Shown piece by piece: positions 51,436 to 61,467 of a DNA stretch of 64,000 bases. The stretch is from Catajapyx aquilonaris. Taxonomy: Eukaryota. The DNA lies in the NCBI GenBank assembly GCA_000934665.2, contig KZ537957.1, positions 124,001 to 188,000 of the forward strand, given 5' to 3'. The notes below the pieces were generated by a model that was given only the letters and a program-made list of their open reading frames with translations, was not told the origin of the DNA and searched no databases. Within the stretch, counting starts at the first letter, position 1. Each line of letters opens with the position of its first letter. Both the position numbers and the translations under genes were made by a program.

Positions 51436-51834
51436 GCGGTGATGCAGCAGCAGCACGCGGGCTAGGATGGGGTAGGGGGGTATGGGGTAGGGATGGGTGG
51501 GGGGTGATATTGGCCGACTACTGCTCTTCTACCGGATAGGGGGAGGTTGCTCGATTTGACCTATGATGCGGAAGGATGCTACGTTACATGCGTGGAGGGT
51601 AGTCAGGTGCGCAGGAACGACCGATGGTCACGTGTGGGGATGGGATGGCCCCACATGGGGTAGAGGCAATCACCCATTAGCATATTTATATAGTTGTGCG
51701 GGATTATACATAAAGGCATTCCGAAAATCATCATTAACAACAACAACAATATTATAATTTAAGCAGAAATGCAATTCTGGAAGTTCGTAGGATGTGCCTC
51801 CTCTATCATGGCTATATAGCTATATATCATCATA

Positions 51835-52037
51835 CAGGGTGTTTCAACTTTTTTGTCCGAACAGTTATCGGAAATATTTCTGCTACTTTGTGAGCAGTGA
51901 TGCCACGTCAGCCTAAGATTCGCAGGGAATATTCCCCATTCCTCCGACAAACCAATTGCAAGTCACTGCTTACAAAGTAGCAGCTTATAGTGCAATATTT
52001 CCGATAACTATTCGGACAGAAAAGTTGAAACACCATG
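51835..52037. mobile_element. Tc1/mariner-type MITE family D, copy 2
   Basis: TA|CAGGGTGTTTCAACTTTTTTGTCCGAACAGTTATCGGAAAT...AGTTGAAACACCATG|TA, homologous to 16154-16441. Confidence 0.92.
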
Positions 52038-52061
52038 TATATCATATCATCATCATCAACC

Positions 52062-52062
<1 letters not shown>

Positions 52063-52124
<62 letters not shown>
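52063..52124. repeat. (CAA)n microsatellite, about 20 units
   Basis: Perfect trinucleotide run preceded by (CAT)n. Confidence 0.98.
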
Positions 52125-52268
52125 TAATATCATTTAAGCAATTCTGGAAATTCATAGGATGTGCCCCTTCAAACGGCCTCAGGGTAAACCGAAGCTAAAC
52201 CGAAGTCACCAGAAGGCGAACCAGCCGGGACTATAAAATTAACCCTAGCACTATAACCCTAGTACTAC

Positions 52269-52390
52269 TAGAAAATGTCAATATTATCGATAATATAGAT
52301 ATTTACCGATATATCGATAGATCAATATCGGTAAAATTTTCATATCGATATATCGGCATATCGATACTTAGTCAAAAAGTCCCGTCTCTA
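52269..52390. mobile_element. Degenerate hAT-like remnant with four TATCGATA motifs
   Basis: TAGA...TCTCTA ends. TATCGATA at 52285, 52312, 52343 and 52359. No clear TSD. Confidence 0.45.
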
Positions 52391-52652
52391 GTGTCAAGTT
52401 TGGTGTCAAGTAATGACGTGCACCTGACACATAGACATTTATTTATTTTTGGTATTATAAAATGTATAATTTTTTTTTTCAAGAATCTTAGCAGATGTAA
52501 TAAGTTTGTAAAGGGACTGTTTACTAGTCTACAACAAATCAGTCACTTGTCGTCTGCGGCATTTGCTCCACATATGATAGCCCTGGATGGGTATGAATAA
52601 GTGAGAATTTGTGATCTCTAAGGGATCCTCTTATTAAATTAAAAACATGTTA

Positions 52653-53168
52653 CAGTCGACTCCGGATATAACAGCCTCGGTTATAACAGACTACAAAGGC
52701 CGGTCCAGCCATACTTCCATAAGGACTGGTGTATTTTACTCCCGATATAACAGACCCATTTTAACCTCACGTGGACTATAACAGACCATTGTTTTGCCAC
52801 TTGGAGGGAAGATATTATGCTGTTTTTCAATATTCAACTTCCTTTCCCACACGCGCAGGAAGGCAGAGAATACTGGAAGGGGGTGATTTTCGCATCTGTC
52901 ACTGATCTAAGTTGCTCAAAATCATTCTTTTTCTGGCATATTTGGCAACAAGAAGGCGGCAGAAGAAAATTACGGATTTATATTGATCCTGTCTAATTTA
53001 CGGATGGGCTAATTTTGCACTATAATTGTAGATAGTTTCATTAATAAATGCAGTAGTGTGCATTATAAGCATATGTTAAGCAGAAAACCTGTGTGCCCGT
53101 TGCAAAAGTAGTGATTTGGCTATAACAGACTTTTCCCGCGGTCTCTTAAATCTGTTATATATACACTG
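52653..53168 (+). mobile_element. pogo/Tigger-type internally deleted element
   Basis: TA|CAGTCGACTCCGGATATAACAG...CTGTTATATATACACTG|TA. Repeated TATAACAG motif near both ends. Residual transposase-like C-terminus RRRQKKITDLY*. Confidence 0.8.
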
Positions 53169-53186
53169 TAATTCATGTACCGACTC

Positions 53187-53364
53187 ATGTACCATCTCGG
53201 AGACGGTATTCGAATTTTTTGCCTACGCAGCTGCGTGCAGATGGCAGGATGTTTACGTCGTGTACCGTTTGCTAGTCAGGACTTCAGTCAGGACATTGTT
53301 AGGACATAGTCAGTACCCAGACGGTATTTTACGATCGTGAAATACCGTCTCCGAGCCGGTACAT
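53187..53364. mobile_element. MITE with about 24-bp TIRs, family unassigned
   Basis: ATGTACCATCTCGGAGACGGTATT / AATACCGTCTCCGAGCCGGTACAT. Confidence 0.75.
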
Positions 53365-55340
53365 ACATTACAGTGTACGCATCGAAACTATTATTTCAAA
53401 AACTCGGCAATACAGAGCAGCAGGTAATTCACAGCGAACAGTAGCTGCCATTGTTATTACAAGAAATCCGGCACACTTAACCTCTTAGTGTTCAAATACC
53501 TGGCAAAAGAGGATCTAATCTTGTCGATATTGGGTCGGATTCCAATAAAGGAGGCAAAGAGACCATGCCCGAAGCGGACAGAAAATTGCTGCCCGTCCTC
53601 CGAAGAATAATTTGAGAGAAACGTGCGTGTACGTCAGAGATGACCGAGTCGTCCTATCGATTCAGGGGACGAAACAAGAAGCGAAACTGGTTCATGGGAT
53701 GATGGTGAACGTTAATGCTGTTTTGTAGTCCATTCGTGGGTTGCGTATTAATGTATTCATGACTATCCGGCGGCATGCCCGTCGGTGTAATCCATTCGAC
53801 CAGCAATAATCAGCTCTCTAAAATGTCACGCGGATAATTAGTGCCAGAAGAAGGTGTCATTATCTACTGGTGGTATGGTATCAAAAAGAAAAAGTAAGAG
53901 TATAGCCTTGAACTAGGCGGTTCAGGTGCAAATTCCGCAATAGTCAGATACTATTGTGGTGGTCTGCTGAAACAGCCGGCAATTCTGAGATAAATAATTG
54001 CTTTTGTCTAGGAATGTTTCTATTGTCCAAAGTAATCACCGGAACAGGAGCGGATAAACTGTGGAATAAAAATGTCACATTTTTTTGTGAAAAATTTGAT
54101 GTTGCATATTGTGGAATTCTTGTCTACATGATTTGCATCATGATCATTTTCTTTACTTTTGAGAAGTGAGGTGGGTAGGGAGTTGTGAGGAATCCTAGGG
54201 TGTTTGTGAGAGCAAACGCTAATTATGCAGTGGGACGTAGGCCTTTGGGTTCCCCCGAGAGTTTCGGGCTGGCGTCGGAACGGCTCTCCACCCGCCGGTT
54301 GTAAAAGAGATGAAATGGTACGTTGAAAATTCAGGCCGAAATTCCTCCCTTGAATTTTGCCCGTGCTGCCTCAGCACTCGGCTGTCGTTGCAGGAGTCGA
54401 GGGGATTCAGTCAACGCCAGAGGTCGTTTCTTCCACGTTTTTTTTCACCGTCTTCTTCTTCTTCTTCTATTCCCATCCTTGCCACCTTTTTTTTCAGAAA
54501 CCTTCGAAAGAGTGTTTCTAGAAGTTACAAGGAATCAGCATAATTTGCATTGGTCAAAAAAATGGAGCATACACAGTTCACAAATCATTACGCCAGCTGG
54601 CAAGTGCTGTGCAGCGTAATTGGCGAGTGCATATTAATTACGAGCAGAACTTGTAACGCAGGATTCGGAGGGAGGCCTTCGCTGATTATGCATGCAAGTA
54701 AAACGTAATGAAGTGGCCATTAATTCTGGAAACACCGCATCTGGCACTCTGGGTCTCCCTGAATATCTGCAGGCTCTTTCCCTCATTCTGGTAGAGTATT
54801 CGGCCGAAAAATTGCCTGCAGCACAGTGGTATGGAGAGGTGAAGAGAAGTGTATGTCTCAAGGATGGTGCAAGTTTTCACAAGGAAGTAATGGGGGACTG
54901 AATTTTAGGGGCGTCCTTGTACTTTTTTTATGTATATTATTTTCTTAGAAGGCAAGTACGGGTCGCTTACATGTGGGTTACATTGTTTTATATGGGGGTC
55001 GTTACACCCAGGGCGAGACGATCGAACCATGTTTTTTTGTCTCACTATCACTGGGGGGTGGTCAAGTGTAAATTAGAGTCGCGTCAATTACGTTCGTTAC
55101 GTTCAATTTATTTTTGCAATGATTGAGGCGTTGCGTTATGATATTGGGGTGGGAAATGGGTGTTGTGTCATAGGCAAAGGGTGACATGTGCGAAGAATGT
55201 AATTATGGTGTGTGATACGGATTGATGGTAGTCGCATTGTTGGGTGTGTAGGTTGGGCCGTGACAGGCTTTTGAATTGAGAGATGTTGCGGAATCACCGT
55301 TTCGTTATAGTTATGGTTCATTGGATTTTCCTTTTAATTT

Positions 55341-55424
55341 TGCTGAAATTTGTCGCCCATTTCATAACCATCAAAATCATTTTGAATATACTGGTGGTTA
55401 TGAAATGGGCAACAAATTTCAGTA
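55341..55424. repeat. 84-nt inverted repeat (33-bp stem, 18-nt loop)
   Basis: TGCTGAAATTTGTCGCCCATTTCATAACCATCA pairs with TGGTGGTTATGAAATGGGCAACAAATTTCAGTA at 30 of 33 positions. Confidence 0.9.
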
Positions 55425-58400
55425 TTGGTTAGGAACATGACGCCTTGGCGATGGAACGAAGTATGTTAAGTGTAACTGCATATGAAGATCTGAAATGCAG
55501 AACAATAGAGTGATTTCGAGATGTGAGGGTATTAAGTGTGAAGATTTCCTTTATGGGAATGGTTCTTTCAAACATTTCTCTATCTAGGGGACTGTAATCT
55601 CTGTATCAGAAAACTGGCGACCATCAGAAAGTACGTGTCAAGGACTACAATATACGCAGCCTTTAACTCAATTTCCACCAAATTGTGACTGCTCGTTCTG
55701 CAAATCAGGTTTTCAATTGCATTATCATATATTCCATGCATAACTCACAGCGTGCATATGCCAATTATTATAATAACCTCTATTACATTCATGTAATATC
55801 ATTCGTCAATTCCACTCTTATTAGACCTAACACTTTCTTACTGATTGCATATAATTGCATGTAAATTACACTTTTTGTCACTTTTTCTGGTAGGTCCTTT
55901 ACTACTGTATGCCATGTCAATGGTTGATTCTATAGTGCTACATAACATCAGTCATGCAGAATATTAATTTGGCTACCTTTGTACACGTGCTTTTCCAGAT
56001 CAAATACAGGTTACGAGCCTACACGTGAGGACCTATCATTGAGGTTATGGACATAATCGTGACATACTCGACTCTGCTTACAATATTATATGATCCCAAA
56101 ATGGGGCCAGAGCCCGTAGGGAGTCAAGTCAAGAGTGAATTAATCTCTATGGGACACTGAAACGGTGGGGGAAAGTCACACGTGTGTGACTAAAGAGCGA
56201 AGGACGATTCCTCACTTAAGCACGGAATTTTATCCTTAGTGTTCAAAAAAATGGGCGAAAATTTTTCTGGTGAACGACCTCCATGTCTAAAGAGTGAGAA
56301 ACTCCTCATAACCGCAGGGTGAAGTTCGTGCAAACGATTGTGATGAAATACAACGTGATAGGTGCATCTGCATTTCCTAGTTTCGCGGTGTGGCAACACA
56401 CTGCACGGATTGATTCCGGAGAAAGAAACACACCTGTTCCCCTATACCGAAATTTCTACGTTTTTCGGAAGATTCCGTGACTTGTTTTGGAGCTTCCGGT
56501 TTAACGTCCGAGGTGAGATATGAAAATGGGTTTCGAAGGACTATAAATCAAAAGGGCCCCCATACCGCACGGATATACTTGAGCTGAATGCCAATGCGGA
56601 TAGCACCTGGCGACAATAGTATCGAGATGTCGAAATCGAAAGACGCGCGTGAAATGCCATGAGGAACAAGTCGTCATCCGGCTTTGCAATGGCAGTTTGG
56701 TACCTACAGGGTGTGGAAATATTTCAGGCGACTATCAATTAATGATGCAAGCATGAGGAAACTTCCAGTGGAAATAAATTTGAGGATATGCAAAATTATA
56801 CAAGGTATAGCTTCACCTTGTAATACTGCATAGACTCTATATAGAAGAGTGCAACGAGTTCTTTTTATTGTCGTACGGTGCAGGTCACCTTCGAGTAATT
56901 GCTACGATGCCCAACAGCCTCGTTTGTCCTCTCAGTAATAGACTTAGTCCCAGTCCGTTCTCCTTTCACTAACCTGAATACACTGCGTAGAGTATACAAC
57001 TTGTCTCTGCACGAGTTGGGAGGAAGTCGAGAGAGGAATTCTCTCATAACTTGGCCATAATCGAAAGTACTGGAGTTAAGTCATCCGGAGCAGAGCTGTT
57101 AAAAAATTGAAGGCAGAAAAAAAAAATATGGGAGGAAATTTCCACATCGCCGATGGGAGTTGTCGTTACTAATATTTTATAGCTCGTAATTTTCTCCGGG
57201 CCCCGATGTCCAAGTGTTTCAAGGTGACCCGGAGTTAGGTACTTTAGGCAGTCAATGTGATAGGGTGGCATCTGTTGGGGATAATTTTCAGGCGGGTCTT
57301 ACACTTTCGAGATGTCCTTGTCAGTTACCTGATGTTACTGGGCCAGTGATCAGTGGTTGGAACTAATTGTATGACTGGCATTTAAGGGGTGTACTAGTCG
57401 AATGATTCGGAGATTATGTCAGGTTGAGAGATATGGTGTACATGACTATGTTTTAATATGTACTGTACGTTATGGATCACTGCGGTCATAGGCTAGATGA
57501 CGGGTTGACTGACAGTGACATGGGAATTAGGAAGGCGGTGTGGTTTACCAAAATGCTAATGGAATTATTTGGATTAATTTTCTGCCGAAAATATTTACTG
57601 CGCCTCCTGTGCATGGGCAGTAAATATTTTCGGCACAGAATTAATCCAGGTAATTTCATTAGCATTTTGGTAAACCCACAACACCTTCCTCAAAAAAAAC
57701 AAGTGCAGAATTACTCATGGTAGCTATTGTTGCCATGCAGATTGGAGGTTTATCACGTAGGCCTATTCTTTGTTACAAACTTTGTTATACAGTATGTTAC
57801 AGTACCTTGACTGTGTATTAACGACTCAGAGTTCCACGTGATGTCCTTTATGAACTATTTCGTAGCATATTATTACGTCTGGAGTGGCAATTAGAGGCGA
57901 TGATTATTCTTATAGCTGTATGATTCTATAACAGTTTAGTGCGCATTACTAAAGTGTAATTATGCGATAACTGGATGTCCTCTCTCACTTGACCCTGTAG
58001 CCTTATAAAATATTCCGATTCTATAAAAAGATGTGTCATCAGAAAATAATGCACCCGAAGGTATAGCATCTACTGAGAATGAAAAATATATTATTTATTT
58101 TTCTAAGCAGGCATATTTTTCTCTTCTTTTGCAACAGAGCATGCGGTTGTGTTTGTACTCTAAAAGTCTAAATTGTTCCCTCTGAAAAGGTAGCTGCTTT
58201 GTAAAGTCGGCCATCCATTCCAAGATTTCGACTATGGGACCGGGACACCAGATGACCCGTTGGGTCGTGTTGGGAGCAAAGCAGAGGAACCGCTAGGTTG
58301 ACCTGAGAGGTTAACCGGATTAGCCCCCAAAATATCACCAGGTGGAGAATATAAATACCTTTGCGCTAAGGCATACTTTAAAAAGAGGCATTTTGAACTT

Positions 58401-60603
58401 GGATTGACGTAGAGTACTGTACATGTCTGCACGTAAAGTTTCGCAAACGGTTTTGAAATTCTGTGAGGAAGCAATCAGTCAATACCTGATTATGTATAGC
58501 CTATATATAGCCAATGATTGCTAATATCAAGGTTTTATTCAAAGTAAATATTATATAGTAATATAGTTTGTGCGTGGTGTATGTAAAGCATGCTTTATTA
58601 TCATGCAAATGGATACAGTTATCCACAGATAAACTGGAACTAAAAGGATTAATTGCTATCTTACTACATGCTGTGACCGTCATTTGAATTATCATCAGAC
58701 GCGAGATACGCCGTTTTTATAGCCCTTGGCAATCACTTCCTGGATTACAAAAACGGTCTGGAAACACTTTTTTCACTGAATTTTTCATCACATAGACTAT
58801 CATGCTGGCATTCAGCCTTACTATAGAGTCAGATGGGGTAGCACCTTGGCTCTCTATCCTTAACATTTTCTCAAACCACTCCGCCCCTATTTACATCGCA
58901 TTATATCCTACTATTAGCCTACACTTTAACCACCCTCATAACTCTTTTATTTAGAGCCACTCTGTCCTAAATCGGCAAAATAATTACACGGTCTGGGAGC
59001 AAAGAAGGTAAATCACCGGCCCTCAACCCAAACGCCTTGTTGTGACCTCTGCTCAAGTGTTAGGGAAGGCAACCGGAAGGCGTTGATAACCTTTACAGTA
59101 GCGTGACAGTGACCTATGCACTACAGCATATTCCTACAGCAAAATATCCAGGAAATGGCAAAGTGGGGTTAATAAACGGCAATACTTCCTTAAGTGTCTC
59201 ATGAAGCAGTAATTGTTTAATTACATCGAAATTTTTTGAGGGGCAATATTTATTGTTTCGTTTACCTTTGGCAAAGTGTTGCTTACAGGAAGTGGCAGTG
59301 CAAAGTGACAGCTAGCTAACAAGGCCAGGGAGTAACAGTGGAGAAAATAGCTCTGGTTTTATATCATAGGGTGGTTGCGCACTATAAAATCGTGACAGAT
59401 TCCAAAAAATTGCTTCATTTTACGTACAGTAGTGTCATTGAGCGTAGGACAGTGTTTCCTCCTTTTGTGCGCAGGAGCTGAGAAAATTAGCAGAAGGTAA
59501 ACTGATTAAGCATGATACGACGACGGAGCAACTTCTTTTGGTAATCGCTTTAAGGCCGGTGAGTAGCCTGTAGAAAGTTGGCGAAAACTAATAGCGAGAG
59601 ATTCCGGAGTGAGTGATTAGAGGCGCTTGTTTGGGGCGGCATGTTGCTTACCTTCGTCATCAAGGATTTTAAATGCTAATTTGACACGATGGTTAAGTTC
59701 AACGAGCCCGAGACAAACTTGCCCAGAATTAACGGAAATTTTGTCGTAAAGGATGATTTTCCAATTGTAGCTTATTGGTTAGCGTTATAGTTCTAAGCAG
59801 TTACATCTAGTTTGCTCCTAATATTAAATTACGTGGACCTGTTCTTTTTAAAGCCTGTAATAATCTGTTCTGTCGTTAACGTTCGTTGCTCAGTGAATGC
59901 TCTTGGCTTAATATAACCAGCTAATCGTTTGAATAACTAGGTCTGTATTAAAATGAGTAGCTTAATACCAAAATCGCTAACCACTGAGATCATTTGAATA
60001 TGTAAAGCGAAAACCTGTTCAGTAAGAATAATTCAGTGTAATTACCAACCTCTTTGGCCCTGAATCCGCGCCACTAAAATGTCGAAAAATCCTCAAAAAA
60101 ATTCTGACTAACCCTTCCGCTCCCATATACCAGCATTGCTTAATCTTCCGCGAACGCGTCGCACACAATGCTCTCGGACTTATCAGCTAATTGCTCAATT
60201 CTCTCCCCCAAGACAATGCAACCTCCTAATCTATTTACAAGTATCTACGTTGCGGAGCAGTCTGGTGCGAACTACCAATACCGAAGGATCGTCTGGTGGT
60301 CAACTCCGATTATAAAAAGTGGAGGAACCCACAAAAACATATCCACACGCAAAGTGGCAGGCCTCGTGACCGACCGTCCCGCAAACCCTCATCTGGAACC
60401 GGGTTCCCAGTGACGTAGACTCAGCTGATTCTAAGGTGGTGACTGGTGAGGTGGTGGGGGCCTCAGTCTGTGGTAGAGTAAGCAGGAGAGCCGACCAACC
60501 AAGGCTAGGAGAGAGCGGTAGTAGTGCAGCAACTGCCTCCACCTGTGGAGGTAGAACCCCGGTGGTGGTGTCCGAGTGTGATGGGAGGCCAGCAGAGCCT
60601 TCC

Positions 60604-60845
60604 ATGACCAGGGGCAGCACGGTCCCCCAGCAGCATGCTGGGGGTGGAGGAGGGTCTCCCACCCAGGAGGACCTGGAATCCGGGTGCTTCCGGAGACTGT
60701 GCTGTAGGCAGAACAGATGGGTGGCTCTGAGGGTGCTGGCGCTCTTTCTGGCGGCCGTACTGGTGCTGCTGGCTGTATACAAGGCCAGGTCAGCCAGGAT
60801 TCTGGCGGAGCAGTCACAGGAGGAGAGCCTCAAGAATAGGCATGG
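60604..60845 (+). CDS. Coding exon of a probable type II single-pass membrane protein (N-terminal tail plus transmembrane helix); family not recognised
   Basis: GC-rich ORF with strong CTG/GTG/GAG codon bias. MTRGS...DLESGCFRRLCCRQNR-WVALRVLALFLAAVLVLLAVY-KARS... ends at consensus donor GG|GTGAGT (phase 2). The frame is open from 60370, so the exon may start upstream of the first ATG at 60604. Confidence 0.75.
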
Positions 60846-61253
60846 GTGAGTACATGGGGGAGATTCCTCTGCACAAGGTGTAGAATACCCTTCAGAATAT
60901 ATCAATGGCTATTCGGCTTAGTGAGGTGTCACAGTAGGGTGCAGTGTCCGTTATAAGGTCCACCTCCTTGCCCTATTGTGCCCTCCAGAGCCATTGGCAA
61001 CAACAGGCCTTGGCTTTTGAAAAGCCCGCTTTCCATGCACCACTCAAAAGCCCCCCCAATTCGACCCGCCACTTCACCTGATTGAAAAGGACCTTTTCAA
61101 ATGATGAGCGCTCTTCGATTTGTTTCTCAATATAGAATGCCGTTCCGGTTCTATTTTTATGGCCGGTACATATATTTTCCCTTAATTGCATTAAAAGTTT
61201 AGTAAATGTGTCAGGCAGAGCAAGACCGCTGACTTTCTCTCCACCGGCCGCAG

Positions 61254-61467
61254 ATTTTTGCTAGAGCTACTGACCGTGGTGGGTTTCATGCCACTTGCCC
61301 GCCCTGCACACAATGCCAAACAAAAGCAAGAGAAACAGTCTTCCTCTGTACTATCAGAAGCTGGACATGAACATGTCAGCGGGAACTGGTTCAAGACCAA
61401 TATGCAGGGATTTTCACCTAAAAAAAAGTTCCATTTCCATTTCCGATTCTGCTTGTTGAAAAACTAG
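61254..61467 (+). CDS. Candidate second exon of the same gene
   Basis: Branch-like CTGAC, then TTTCTCTCC, then CAG| acceptor. The phase-2 join gives G-FLLELLTVVGFMPLARPAH..., open for 70 codons to TAG. The true 3' end could be an earlier donor. Confidence 0.4.

Noticed and set aside
50799..51465. 190-aa and 96-aa ORFs in the CpG-rich patch
   Set aside because: No domain or codon bias. A promoter and 5' UTR explain the region better.
60300..60905. 201-aa minus-strand ORF
   Set aside because: It is the antisense shadow of the GC-rich plus-strand exon, which has the transmembrane helix and the donor site.
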